Below are positions 1 through 13,500 of a stretch of DNA of 64,000 nt, one piece after another; within the stretch, counting starts at the first letter, position 1; the number at the start of each line of letters is the position of its first letter. The notes beneath the pieces were generated by a model. The model saw only the letters and a program-made list of their open reading frames with translations. It searched no databases and was not told the DNA's origin. Both the position numbers and the translations under genes were made by a program. Source of the DNA: Macrostomum lignano (Eukaryota); NCBI GenBank assembly GCA_002269645.1, contig NIVC01001621.1, positions 14,320-78,319 on the forward strand, read 5' to 3'.

Positions 1-109
1 CAGCAGCCCAAACTTTATTAACAATGAACAAGCTAAATAATTATTAAAACTACGCGTAGAGAAAAAACAAATGAAAGTGGACAATAAATTCTGCATGACT
101 CAAACTCAC

Positions 110-496
110 CCCGCTAGACACGGTGGCATAGGCCGGAGAGGCGCCAACCCCAATGCCGCTGCTGACTCCGCTACTAACCATGTAGCGCCCAGCGACTGCC
201 GCTGTGGCGGGCGTGCTGCGGCCGCTCATAGGCGGGCTGGGCCCGGCCCAGCCAGCGCTAGAAGCAGCCAGATGAGAGGCGCTACCAACACGGGACTCGA
301 GCTCTTCGGCACGCTGCTCAGTTGATTCTTTCTCTTCCTGAATAAGTCGGATCTCATTGTTAATAGCGTCTAGTTGCTCCTGGATCATTGCGGCTAACGA
401 GTGCGCGTCAGCTGTCTGCTGAGGATCGGCCGAGTCCGAGAATGCCGACGGATAATCTGGCGCGTCGGAGGAGCTTGCAGCGGAGCTGTCAAATGC
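110..496 (-). CDS. PPFIA: Liprin-alpha coding exon 5
   Basis: CAG|AFDSS...[18 protein letters not shown]...VSSG|GTGAGT; 387 nt. Confidence 0.9.
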
Positions 497-3400
497 CTGC
501 AGATGTTGTTGTTGTTTTTGGATATTGCACAGTGACAGGGTGTTGTTGTTGGATATTGCACAGTGACAGGGTGTTGTTGTTGGATATTGCACAGTGACAG
601 GGTGTTGTTGTTGGATATTGCACAGTGACAGGGTGTTGTTGTTGGATATTGCACAGTGGCAGGGGGTTGTTATTATTGGATATTGTACAGTGACAGGGTG
701 TTGTTGCTATTGGATATTGTACAGTGACAGGGGGATGTTATTATTGGATATTGTACAACCCTAAACCAGACAAGACAAAGCCTACCTGTTGCACATTCTG
801 CAGCACGTGCTGCTGAGCCAGTCGCTCAAAATCACCCTCGCCAAGAGTGCGCACTTTTGCTTCAATCGACATTTCGCCGCGCCCAGCGGAAGCGCCGCCG
901 CTGCCAGGCGTGCCGCAGCCGCCCCCGTTTCCGTCGACGCCGCTGGAACGACCGCGGGCAGGTCGCAGACAGGCCTGGCCCTCCTGCAACAGCTGCTGTT
1001 GTTGCTGCTGCCGCAACCGCTCCAACTCCAGTGTTAGATCGTCCCGTTCAAACTGCGAGTCCTCCAGTGCTCGCCTGATGCGATCCAACTCGGCGCTAAG
1101 CTGGTTTCTCTCCTCCAATGCGGACATTTTCTCGTGCAAGTGCAACTGCAGCCTCTCGTTGCTCTCCATCAGCAGCTTGTCAACCGTGGCAGACAGTCTA
1201 CTGTTATGCTCCTCGTGCAGTTTCTCTCTCTGCTGAGAACGGGAAAGTTCATTGCGTATCTCTTCTAGTTCGGCCAGCAGTTCGGCTGGATCGGCCTGTC
1301 CGGTTTCTGATCCGGCTAAAGCTTTATCGCTAGCGTCAGCTGATCCGGAGCCTTGCTGCTGCTGCTGCTGATTCTGACTGTCTGACGCTGTCAGCTGGCG
1401 CAATTTCTCCTCAGCTAAGCGCAAACTGTTCGCCTGCATTGCTAGCTGCTCTTCTAGCCTGTCGTTGCGCTCGTGCGCCGAAGTTGTCTCGCGCTGGGCG
1501 CTGAGGTAGCGCTGCTCTAAAGTGGCGATGCGCTCTTCTTGATCCTCGCGCTGCGCCTCCGCCTCCTGGGGTTGGATGGTTCCAGTTATGTTTTTATTAT
1601 TACTACAGCTGCGGCAATCTGAGATGACAACTTTTTATAAGGATTTCTGTAGTACTGATTTATACGCTCTTAATTGGCAGATTCTGCAACACTGAAACTC
1701 TTAATTGGCAGATTCTGCAACACTGAAACTCGTAATTGGCAGATTCTGCAACACTGAAACTCTTAATTGACAGATTCTGCAACACTGAAACTCGTAATTG
1801 GCAGATTCTGCAACACTGAAACTCTTAATTGGCAGATTCTGCAACACTGAAACTCTTAATTGGCAGATTCTGCAACACTGAAACTCGTAATTGGCAGATT
1901 CTGCAACACTGAAACTCTTAATTGGCAGATTCTGCAACACTGAAACTCTTTGGCAGATTCTGCAACACTGAAACTCTTAATTGGCAATCTGCAACACTGA
2001 AACTCTTAATTGGTAGATTCTGCAACACTGAAACTCTTAATTGGCAGATTCTGCAACACTGAAACTCTTTGGCAGATTCTGAATCGCTGAAACTCTGACA
2101 GTAACGAATTATTTAATGCACATTATAAAAAGTACATTAAACTCAGCGCAAACCTTGAGATCCCGCTGCAATCGTTCAATAACTTCGCCGCTCCGACTGC
2201 TCTCAGCCTGGGCGCGGTGCAGAGCCTCTTCGAGTTCGCGCACGCGACCAGACAGTTCGGAGTTTTGACGCCTGCTCAGAAGCAGCTCGGCACTGCTCTT
2301 GTCAAGCCGATCCTGATAGTCCACTATTTTAGCGGCGTCTAAGTCCGCCTCGGCGTTGCCGTTGGACACAGCCGGCTGAAACAGCGGGTGAAGCGACTGA
2401 TGGTTGTTTGATTGCTAGCTGACTGGCAGTGTCTGACAGTCTCACTGTATCTGACACCCTCACTATGCTTCCCTGACTGTCTGACACCCTATGCTTCCCT
2501 GACTGTCTGACACCCTATGCTTCCCTGACTGTCTGACAACCTCACTATGCTTCCCTGACTGTCTATTGAGGTTGACACTCACTGTGTCTGACACCCTCAC
2601 TATGCTTCCCTGACTGTCTGACAACCTCACTATGCTTCCCTGACTGTCTGACACCCTCACTATGCTTCCCTGACTGTCTGACACTCACTGTGTCTGACAC
2701 CCTCACTATGCTTCCCTGACTGTCTGACACTCTCACTGTGTCTGACACTCTCACTGTGTCTGACACCCTCTATGCTTCCCTGACTGTCTGACACCCTATG
2801 CTTCCCTGACTGTCTGACACCCTCACTATGCTTCCCTGACTGTCTGACAACCTCACTATGCTTCCCTGACTGTCTGACACCCTCACTATGCTTTCCTGAC
2901 GGTCTGACAACCAATGATCAAAGCAGTCATACTTACAACTGCATCTGATGAAGCACCAGCACCAGCAGCACCTGCGCTATCTGACGCTCTAGTCAGCCTG
3001 GCAACCTGCTCCCGCAGGCTGAACAGCTCCTGATTGGCTGAGCTCAGCTCCTCCTCCAGCTGACCAGACCTGTCAAGAGCTTGTCGCAGTTTCTCTTTGA
3101 TTTTCTCATCCAAAGCTTTGTGATGCTCAAATAGACTCTTTAAAGCTTTGAGCACTTCCACTTCGGAGCTGACGCCAGCTGGTGAGGCTGCCTGCCGCTT
3201 GACAACTGTCATACGAAGCGAACGCTCGTGCCTAGCAACCAGTGACTCGAGATGCTCCAGCAGCAATCTAGTATTGTTTCGCTCAGCTTTCAGATCGCTA
3301 ACTTCGTCTTCGCGTTCGCGAAGCTGCTCGCGAACTAAATTGAGCTCGCGGCTGAGTACGGCGACATCCTGCACAAAATACAGCAGTTTATTCATTTAAC

Positions 3401-6400
3401 TTTTTTTAGCAATTATGTTTTTGAAAATGTTTGCTGAAGCACTGTTCTTGACGAATTTTCAAGAATGCAGACAATCGAAATTAAAATGTTATTTTCAAGT
3501 TTTTAAAAGTCAGACAATAAAGACGGTATTAAAGACTATTGAGATAACTGAAATATTCTGCGGGGATAACAGTGTGGCCCAGTGACGTGAGCAGTAATTT
3601 TACTTCGAGGGTGGTCGCAACCGTAAGGGGAGCCAATATTTGGTGTTTTGGTTGGCATCCCTGTCTCTTGGTGGGCGCCCCTGTCTCACGGTGAGTGACC
3701 CTGTCTCTTGGTGGGCGCCCCTGTCTCTTGGTGGGCGCCCTTGTCTTGGTGGGCGCCCCTGTCTCACGGTGAGTGACCCTGTCTCTTGGTGGGCGCCCCT
3801 GTCTCACGGTGAGTGACCCTGTCTCTTGGTGGGCGCCCCTGTCTCACGGTGAGTGACCCTGTCTCTTGGTGGGCGCCCCTGTCTCTTGGTGGGCGCCCTC
3901 TGTTTCTTGGTGGGCGCCCCTGTTTCTTGGTGGGCGCCCCTGTCTCTTGGTGGGCGCCCCTGTCTCTTGGTGGGCGCCCTCTGTTTCTTGGTGGGCGCCC
4001 TCTGTTTCTTGGTGGGCGCCCCTGTCTCTTGGTTGGCGCCCCTGTCTCTTGGTGGGCGCCCTCTGTTTCTTGGTGGGCGCCCCTGTCTCTTGGTGGGCGC
4101 CCTCTGTTTCTTGGTGGGCGCCCCTGTTTCTTGGTGGGCGCCCTCTGTCTCTTGGTGGGCGCCCTCTGTTTCTTGGTGGGCGCCCCTGTCTCTTGGTGGG
4201 CGCCCCTGTCTCTTGGTGGGCGCCCTCTGTTTCTTGGTGGGCGCCCCTGTCTCTTGGTGGGCGCCCCCGTCTTTTGTAATTTATGCAGCTTGGTTGCCTC
4301 TTTCATTAAATTTATGTAGGGAAGCCGCGGCCATTTCATTTCATTCATTTTACAAATCAAAAATTTTTAAATTAACGCGATAAATTGTTAATATATCATA
4401 AGCGCCTGATGGACCCTCGAAAAAAAGTTTTAAGTCAGCCTATGCCCTAAAAATAGCAAAACATTCCTAAGAATCAATATTGCCAACAATTACTATCGCT
4501 AAAAAATTGATACAATTTATTATGCATTTCTAAAATTCAAGTTGGTATCTATAAAGGAAGGACAAGTGCAGTTGAATTTGCTAGTCCACTTTCTGGGTCA
4601 AACTATTTAGAAACAAGCTGATCGATGAGATCAGATGGGAACTGAACAAGAATTCCTTCATACGCAGCAGTTTTGGCTTAGCACTGGGAAAGTTGCTAGT
4701 TAGGATAGTTATCGATTAGGCCAGACCCTACTGTTAAAAGAGCTGAAAGAAAGTTGATGCTTCAGATAAACTTTGAATGGCTTTTCCATGTGTTTTATGA
4801 GCTGAGCTATGGCTTGACCAATTGAGAGGTTCATTAACTGGGGAAATGTCTACATGTATGGCCGAAGCCAATTGGCCTGTCATAACCCCCCAATTACCCC
4901 AGCTAATGCTGGCACCCATTTTACAGTTGGGTGAACTTAAGCAATGCAGAGGTTAAGTGTCTTACTGAAGGACACAAATTTTTCCCAGTAGAATCAGGAA
5001 TCGAAACCCCGACCTTTCAGTCGTGAGTCCGTCGCTCTAACCGCTAGTCTACAACCGCCAAGCCTAGTGGTTGGAATCTATGAGTTTTTCTGATTACATT
5101 GCTGGTTTGGATTAACTAGTGTCTTAACTTGGTTGATAATTTTTTCTTTTCCCATTGCAAAATTTATCATTTATTAACTAGCTCATTTTCGGTCTGGCCA
5201 TGAAATATAAAAACAAATCCTTCTAGATTTTTACGTGTTTTTTTTCGTGTTTGGAAAGATGAACTTTAGGAGTGAAATTCGTATTATTAAAGGCCGAGTC
5301 GAAAATATCGAGTATGCATTTTGCCCGTACATAAATCAGCGTTTGATGAGCCGTAGCTCAACTCAAGAACCACCTGTAGAAGCCAGTCAACACGTTAATC
5401 TAAAGCATCAAAGGTTACACTTTTAGCTGACTTGCGTGATTTGGAAACAGCAGTAGCCAGTAGGGGGTCTGGCCCTAAACGATCAACAGTCCCAAGTAAC
5501 CAGACCAAGTTGTAAATTATTTGATGCTCATAAATAAATAACTAGAGCAATTCGTGCAGCTCAGAATCAGGCTTAGAGTGCGAAATACGAGAAGGAAAAA
5601 GCATTTTTGAGAACACCCACCCGCCGCAGCGACTGTGGTCTTGGCCAGTTCAGTCTCTCCAGAGTCCAATTCTGTATATGCAGCATTGCATAGCAGGATA
5701 GAGGAAAAGTCCAATTGAGCTTTTCAAGCTTGAGCTGCCAAACAAGCCTAGCGCCAATGCATATATCACCACAATATAAATACATGCCACATTATAATAG
5801 TATTCAGCATTATGTATAGTTGTCAAGGGGGTGGGGGACGGCGGGGGGCGAACGACGACAAAAATGGGAACGAGAGGACCGAGCAGGATGGAGGAAGTCC
5901 CCGCGGGGGTTTGAGCGGCTGTTCAGGGTGGGGGGGCAAGCCGCACTTAATCATACTGCTGCTGCTGCAGATGAGGGGAAGAGACCCCGAATTCCCCACT
6001 CTGTACCCAATTTCCTAGGCCTCTTGTTCTCTCATCTTCAGCGGCGTCATTGACCGCCCCCTGGCGGCTGCAACAGGGTAAAACTTAACGGCATCGCTAC
6101 AGTATCGCCTGTTGATCTGCTTCTTTCACTAAGAATTTGCATTGCACCAGAGCACGCATCAAATTTAAAGCAGACTTCACTTGTTCATTTTTAACATTTA
6201 TAATCTATCAATCATTGGGAATCCAAAATACTGTATGTTTTTAACTGCACAACAACATATTTTGGAAAAAATCAAGCCGTATTATCTAAGGTAGCCATTT
6301 TCACCTATTGATTTTATCCAATGTCAATATCAGTGCCCCATAGTAATTTACTCGGGCATGCGATGTAGTGGCTGGATTAAACTATACGCTTCTATTGAGG

Positions 6401-9400
6401 AGTCTGATCGTTTGAGCACACGATAGCTTAGTTTGAGCTAGCAGAGCATGAGCTATTGATTTTGGTGTATTTACAGTGGAAGTAAGTTGGATTAGAAATT
6501 ATACACATAGTGATAATAATAATAAATAAGCTTAGTCTGCAGTAAAAAAACAAAAATGAACTGTGTTGATAAGCAAGGAGAGTAGACTGTAAGACTGTAC
6601 CACTAATTGGCTGGCATAAGTAGTATACGGCGCTCCCTTACAGTACAGCTTTGGCGCCCCTTACAGTACAGCTTTGGCGCCCCCCTTACAGCATAGCTTT
6701 GGCGCCCTCTTACAGTATAGCATTGGCGCCCCCTTACAGGTATAGATTTGGCGCCCCCGTACAGCATAGATTTGGTGCCCCCTTACAGCATAGCTTACCG
6801 TATACATTTGGCGCCCCCTTAGAGCATAGCATTAGTGCCCCTTAGAGTATAGCTTGGCGCCCCCTTAGAGTATAGCATTGGTGCCACTTAGAGTATAGCT
6901 TTGGCGCCCCCTTACAGTATAGCATTGGCGCCCCCTTACAGTATAGCATTGGCGCCCCCTTACAGTATAGCATTGGCGCCCCTTACAGTATAGCTTTGGC
7001 GCCCCCTTAGAGTATAGCATTGGTGCCCCTTAGAGTATAGCTTTGGCGCCCCTTACAGTATAGCTTTGGCGCCCCCCTTAGAGTATGGCATTGGTGCCCC
7101 TTAGAGTATAGCTTTGGCGCCCCTTAGAGTATAGCTTTGGCACCCCCTTACAGCATAGATTTGGCGCCCCTTACAGTGTAGCTTTGGCGCCCCTTACAGT
7201 ATAGATTTGGCACCCCCTTACAGTATAGCATTGGCGCCCCCTTACAGTATAGCATTGGCGCCCCCTTACAGTATAGCATTGGCGCCCCCCTACAGTATAG
7301 CCTCAAAAACAGCTAGCTAAAAGAAGTCTAGCACTTACAAATATAGTACGAATTAAGTGCGAACAACGAGGCCAGCCAGTACAAGAGATTTTTCACTCTG
7401 AAGCAACAGGATAAGGAAAGCAATCGGCACTACGGTTGCCGAGCCTTAATCTTCGTCTTTCTATATTCTCGATACTTGAGTTATTGGCGCCCAGCTTTGC
7501 CTTTCCGCCAAATGAGTAGTGAATATACTCGCTCAGTTCACTGATTAAGTTGCTCTGCATTTTTTGCACTAAGAATTAAATATACACTCATGCTGCCAGT
7601 AATGTAAAGATTCTTGAACGCTAACTTGGCAGAAAAACACTCGTGCGGAATCTCATTCTTAATTGATTCTTTTTTAGACCATGGAGTTCAACCATAGACA
7701 AAATCAATCCTGCACTTTATTTTTTTGTCTTGCTTCATGTTTTTATCTTGCTTTCCTCGTTCATTTGTTACAGTTTGCCGTTTCAGATGACCGTGTCGCC
7801 AAAATTCGCTCACTTTATAAGGCCAAGCATCATACAAAAAATGTTCAAGCTGAACAAAATCAAACTTATCAGCTGTTTTGATTTGACAGTATACTAACAT
7901 AATAAACATGCTTAGTGCTTATATTGATTTGACAGTATACTGACATAATAAACATGCTTAGTGCTTATATTGATTTGACAGTATACTGACATAATAAACA
8001 TGCTTAGTGCTTATATCGCACAGGAAACACTCGGTTAGCCAATAGAAGAAAAGTTCAACTCAAATTCCGCAACGAATTCCCCAGAGTAATAGCTCGTTTG
8101 CTTGGCCCTAAACCTAAACAAAAAACAGACTAGAGAGCAATCTTCGCCCCCATTGGGGAGGCAACAGAGAGAGCAATAAAAACTTATAGAATAAACTACA
8201 TGTTGTAGGTTTCGACCTTCTACAGTCACTATTGTTAGTTTCTTAACGAAAATTATATTTAAAGCAAAAAGCATTAACTAACTCTCTCTTTGATGCTTGG
8301 CCAACAACCACCAACTCACAATTGACCATTGACATCTCAGCAGCCCCCTCCTATGAGTCAAAGTATTTTAGCAATCCAAAATGAGCCTTGACATTTTAGC
8401 AATTCCCCCATTGAGACTTGGCATCTCAGCAATTGCTCCATTGAGAGACTTGGCATCTCAGCAATTGCTCCAATGAGCCTTGACCTCTCAGCAATTGCTC
8501 CAATGAGCCTTGACCTCTAAGCTATTCCCCGTGAGCCTTGACCTCTAAGCTATTCCCCATGAGCCTTGGCATCTCAGCAACTCCCCATTGAGCCAATTGG
8601 CATCTCAGCAACTCCCCATTGAGCCAATTGGCATCTCAGCAACTCCCCATTGAGCCAATTGGCATCTCAGCAACTCCCCATTGAGCCAATTGGCATCTCA
8701 GCAACTCCCCATTGAGCCAATTGGCATCTCAGCAACTCCCCATTGAGCCAATTGGCATCTCAGCCACTCCCCATTGAGCCAATTGGCATCTCAGCAACTC
8801 CCCATTGAGCCAATTGGCATCTCAGCAACTCCTCATTGAGCCAATTGGCATCTCAGCAATTCACCCCATGAGCTTTAGCATCTCAGCAACTCCCCTCATG
8901 AGCCTTGACATCCTAGCCATTGCCAACCAGCCTATGCATAGCTGTTTTATTATTTCGCTAGCTTATTTTGTAGTAATGAAAATATCATAAGCACTTCTCC
9001 CTAGACAGCTCCTAAAAATCGATGCATATTTCCCTAATCCACCCTCTCCCCTGCTGCTTCCTGTGTCTGTGCAATCACTCTGATGTAATACAGTTTGACA
9101 GGCTCCACCTTAGACTCGGCATACACTGACTGTTGTCTCTTAGACTGTGTACTTGTGTGTCAACTTGAAAATACCCTGTGTTGTTTACAATGAATGAACA
9201 AAAGCCAACTAGGCTTATATTTATATACGATATATGCATAAAAATTCTTAAGCTAGTTAATATAATTAGGGAATTAATTCAAGATATTAGAATTAGTGTC
9301 TGCAGTCTCCCGACTAAAAAACCCATTCATATGCAAAGAACAAAAGTTCTCCGAGTATGAGTAAATTGAGTATTGAGATGCCCCATTGCATATATAATAT

Positions 9401-10515
9401 ATGTATATTACATACACACAAAGGTTAGCACCGAGGGCATATCCATACCGCAAAATACTAAAAGAAGGGAAACAGAGAGAGGGGGGAAGGAAGTTAAAGC
9501 GGTTAATATCCCTACAGCCTCTAAAACTGTCTGTAATTCAGCGATCCCCTCATTTTCCTTTCTTCCGGATTTCGGCCCCCACCCGTGCCCCTTCCCTCCC
9601 CATTCCCGAGTAAATCCCGCAGGGAATTAACTTGGCCCATACTAACGAATATATAAACACTCAATGCTTTAATGCTGAGGTTCAAGAAAATTGCCGCGAC
9701 CTAAAATCAAAATCTAACGGTGCAAATTTACTGTATACAGTATAACTTTTATCACAGAGAGTACTCCTCCGTCTTGTCGAGAAACCGGCTTTTAAAATAT
9801 AACAAGCATTTATCAATTCGAATAATTGTTAAATAACCTACAAAAGGACCATTCTATGATGCTTTAAGACAGATGCAGGAAATGATAGAAAACATCCGCA
9901 CTTTTATAACTCTGATTAATCTGATTAACAGACATTTAGACAGACAGTAAAAACAAACCCTTTGAAGAAGACTTTTAGGAAGCTTGGGCCTGCGCTGTAG
10001 GCGCTGTAGGCCAAAGCTGACACCCACTTGACTGACGGCTATTTGACTGACAGCCATACGACTGACAGCTATTTGAAGCTGACAGCCATTTGACTGACAG
10101 CGACTTGACTGACAGCCATTTGACTGACAGCGACTTGACTGACAGCCATTTGACTGACAGCCTGAGCTTTGAATGTCAGTTATTTGACCGCTTAACGATT
10201 TAGGCTAGGGTTAGGTTTATATATAGCATGAAGCCCCTATCCCCAGAAACTAAACAGATGACTCACCTGTGGCATGGCGGAACTGAGCTGCTTATTAAGC
10301 AATTCTCTGTCGCGCTCCAACTCGTCCATCTTCTGCTGGGCCAAACCCAGCTGTTCCTGGGCCTCCCGCAACGATTCCATAAGCTTGTCTCGCTCATCTA
10401 GCATATTGATCATCAGCTGCTCAACATTGTTGGCACCGTCCTCGGATAACTGGGACTCGCGATCGCCCTGACTACTGCCATCCTCCGATATTGTTGGCAT
10501 CACATCGCACATCAT
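110..10515 (-). CDS. PPFIA: Liprin-alpha (PPFIA-family scaffold), 5' part; exons 10267-10515, 2937-3368, 2154-2375, 786-1565, 110-496; continues beyond window start
   Basis: [13 protein letters not shown]-terminus, [63 protein letters not shown] and [32 protein letters not shown] are liprin-alpha signatures. All junctions are GT-AG, phase 0 and join in frame. Confidence 0.96.
499..757. repeat. 31-bp minisatellite
   Basis: GGATATTGCACAGTGACAGGGTGTTGTTGTT, ~8 copies. Confidence 0.95.
786..1565 (-). CDS. PPFIA: Liprin-alpha coding exon 4
   Basis: CAG|[20 protein letters not shown]...[23 protein letters not shown]...LQNVQQ|GTAGGC; 780 nt. Confidence 0.94.
1670..2095. repeat. 31-bp minisatellite
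   Basis: TTAATTGGCAGATTCTGCAACACTGAAACTC, ~13 copies. Confidence 0.95.
2154..2375 (-). CDS. PPFIA: Liprin-alpha coding exon 3
   Basis: TTTCAG|PAVSNGNA...RLQRDLK|GT; 222 nt; coiled coil. Confidence 0.88.
2425..2910. repeat. ~30-bp minisatellite with 18-bp subunits
   Basis: CTCACTATGCTTCCCTGACTGTCTGACACC. Confidence 0.93.
2937..3368 (-). CDS. PPFIA: Liprin-alpha coding exon 2
   Basis: CAG|[14 protein letters not shown]...SSDAV|GTAAGT; 432 nt. Confidence 0.95.
3655..4268. repeat. 20-21-bp minisatellite
   Basis: CTGTCTCTTGGTGGGCGCCC. Confidence 0.95.
4885..5056 (-). mobile_element. tRNA-derived SINE copy (3'-truncated)
   Basis: A box TAGACTAGCGG, B box GGTTTCGATTCC; body shared with three other copies. 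Confidence 0.72.
6625..7300. repeat. ~24-bp minisatellite
   Basis: TTACAGTATAGCATTGGCGCCCCC. Confidence 0.95.
7879..8015. repeat. 46-bp tandem repeat x3
   Basis: TGATTTGACAGTATACTGACATAATAAACATGCTTAGTGCTTATAT. Confidence 0.9.
8330..8930. repeat. 31-bp minisatellite (same family as 40825-41690, opposite strand)
   Basis: CTCCCCATTGAGCCAATTGGCATCTCAGCAA with degenerate edges. Confidence 0.93.
10020..10165. repeat. 15-bp minisatellite
   Basis: TGACTGACAGCCATT. Confidence 0.88.
10267..10515 (-). CDS. PPFIA: Liprin-alpha coding exon 1
   Basis: ATG at 10515; [12 protein letters not shown]...SSAMPQ; GTGAGT donor at 10266. Confidence 0.95.
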
Positions 10516-13500
10516 TTTTGAGCTGATTTAGTCTGAGCTATCGCCTTTTATTAATTTGCTGTGCTGTGCTGTCAGGCGTTGCGATTTTTAAATTACCAAC
10601 CGGTGCCAGTGGAAAGTAAAAGTACATTTGTGTACTTTATCAACTATTGCAGAGTGCAGGAAAAGTACACTTAGCACTAGCTGAATTGGTTGTTGTTTTA
10701 AATTATTTCCATTGATTTCATCGCTTATAATCATAAAATTATAAATATATGCTATCAATCAGTCAATAGCAATACTTTTATAGGATGTTTATATTAAAAA
10801 TTACCTGACCAGCACAACATAGTTTTCAACAAATATATGACATCCAAAGTTTGGTCATACACATTGAGACATTGCAGTGGTGTCTACTTTGATTGAATAC
10901 ATTTCAAAGATCATATAAGAGTTTAGTGGCTAGCCTTAAGGCACCTTTTTGGCACAGAAATCTATATGTACATACATATACATCAGTAGTATCAACACAG
11001 TGTTCTAATCTAACTTTTGTTCTAATGTAAATTTTTCTGCAGTGCTTTCAGCTGACAATGGCACACTTTATACATAAGTTTAAGTCATGTGCTATACTAA
11101 ATAATGAATGGGATGGCAGCTGGTCTGACAGTAGATGGCTTATATCTAAAGCCTTGGTTGCAATCAATAAATCAAAATTAAAGACTTTCCCAAATTAGCA
11201 TGCATCCATATTAGGTCTGATATAATATCCAAAATAGGCTAAAATCTACTTTTTATATACAATAGAATTTTCTAATATATATTTGGTTTGGTATGCATTA
11301 TGTACATTTAGTTTTGGTGTTTTGATATGCATTTAACATGATCCAAAGTATGGCCATGGCATGGGCTAAGGCATATACATAAAAGATATAATTAGATATT
11401 ATATTATCAATATTTTAAGATACAAAGGCCCATGTATAACTGCTTGCTAATCTAGGCAATCTAGGTGACATAAATTGTAAAAAGCCAGGTTTAAATAAAA
11501 AATCATAACTTTTTAAGATTTATTCAACAAAATTTAGCTATATAAACAGATTTTATAATTTAAGATCTATCTAATAATTAATTAAGTTAAAAAACTAAAT
11601 TAATTGCATAGTTAAAACTAAGCCAAATGCAAATAATCTATATATGATCCTATCCTATCTAATTTCCAACAATTTGAGACTAGGTCATAATTGCAATCAA
11701 TAATTTTAAAAGTATTATCTATATAGACAATTAGTAGATACTAAATTAATATCCTTTCTTAGTTTAAATAATAGATAAAACAATTTTTTTTAGCCTTTAT
11801 TAGCCCTAGGCCTATCTTTATAATAGTAAAGTTTTATTAGGTCTAATTGTTTATTTTAATATTTATATAACATTCTTTAATTTTATGATATTAACATTTT
11901 GCATAAATTTTTTGCATAGGCTTAATACCTGGAAAAATAGTGAGAATTAAAATAGATTTAGGTCTAGCCATGATTGCAAAAATTCTATAATTGTAGCTTA
12001 TTAGAGCATGATCCTTACATTCACTTTTGTTATACAATATCCTAAATGGGCAATTGGTTAATAATATATTATAAAAAAGGTGAAAAGAGATATGGAAAAG
12101 AAATCAAAGACCCAAAAGTGAAAAAAACAGAGTTTCTGATTATTCTGCCTCATTTTTGCTTTTATATCTTTTTTTCACTTTTGTTTTACAATGTTTCATT
12201 AACAAATTATCCATTTAGGATATTAGGCCTAGGCCTATATAAAAGTAAATATAAGGATTATGTTCTGTTAAGCAATGAGTAGGCCTAGGATTTTGCAATT
12301 AGCTAGCCCTATGGCTATATCTTTTTTAATTCTTTATTCTTTTATTATTCTCTCTTATTGCTTATTTTGGCTTCCATATCCCTTCATTTTTATTTTATAA
12401 TATATTAACAAATATCCATTTAGGGTATTGCGTTGTGTTATATAGGGGCCTAATAAAATAAATATAATAAGGATAGTACTCTATTTACTATTATGCTACA
12501 ATAAACCTAGGTCTATCCTATCCAAGGACCTAGGCTAGAGCAGAGCCTATATTAGCATATCTTAGGCCCCCTAATCTCATAGCACTTGCACCTAGGTTGT
12601 AGGAGAGATTCATAATCATAGAATAGAATAGGCCTATCTAAATGCAAAGAAATATAATCTACAATTCTATATTATATAGATAGGCCTAACTGATTCTAGA
12701 TCTCTATCTAGTATAAAGGCATGTTTCTATATTTTTAATATAGACCTACTATGTATAGATATTAGATAACAAATTAACCCAGACCCAGGGTGGGCCGGTG
12801 GGGGAGCAGTCTGGGCAGAGTAATCTGTGCATGGGGGGGGTGCGACCTGTGGAGTGTGGACTGTGGTCTTGAACTGAAAACCTCATCTAGCCCTCAAGTG
12901 GAAAAAGGTTGCCGACCCCTGGAGTAAGGCAAGGCCAAGGGGCAAGGGCTAGGGCTAAACTTTTATATATTAGGCCTATATTATACGCCAGCAAGTATTA
13001 TTTAGGTATGGGCTTAGGCCCCTATCAATAGGGGCCTAATATTTGACAAGGACAATTGGTTATCTGAACTTATTAATAATGGATAATAAATAGACGAATA
13101 GATACGGATCAGATTCACAACAATCACAGTTCGCAGTTTCTTATCCTAGGCTTTTATAAAAGCAATGTACTAGTACATTTTTGCTTTTTTCTGAAAGACT
13201 CAAAGTTGCAACACGGTATCCGGATTTTATTAAATCCGTCAGATAGCTTTAACAAACTTTTAATTAAAAAAATAATATATTGCAGAAATTAATTACATTG
13301 TTTACTTTTCCTACTTAAATAGTCAAATAATATAACTTTCATTCATAATATGGCAAAAGATAGTATAAGGCCAGCAAGCATAATTTATAGCCCTTATAAA
13401 ATTGTTGGCAGCTAACTCTCTACATTATAAAGCATAATAGCATTCTATATTATGATGGAATGCTAGGTAGGACTAACCTGCCAACTAATTTATTTTTTCT

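Noticed and set aside
6054-6069. Good CTCF-consensus match (rc GCCGCCAGGGGGCGG)
   Set aside because: A single motif in 64 kb of GC-patchy DNA is not evidence of binding, and CTCF presence in this organism is unknown.
12786-12921. Possible Charlie-type hAT MITE (ends AAGGTTGCCGACCCCTG)
   Set aside because: Only one convincing terminus and no TSD; not listed as a feature.
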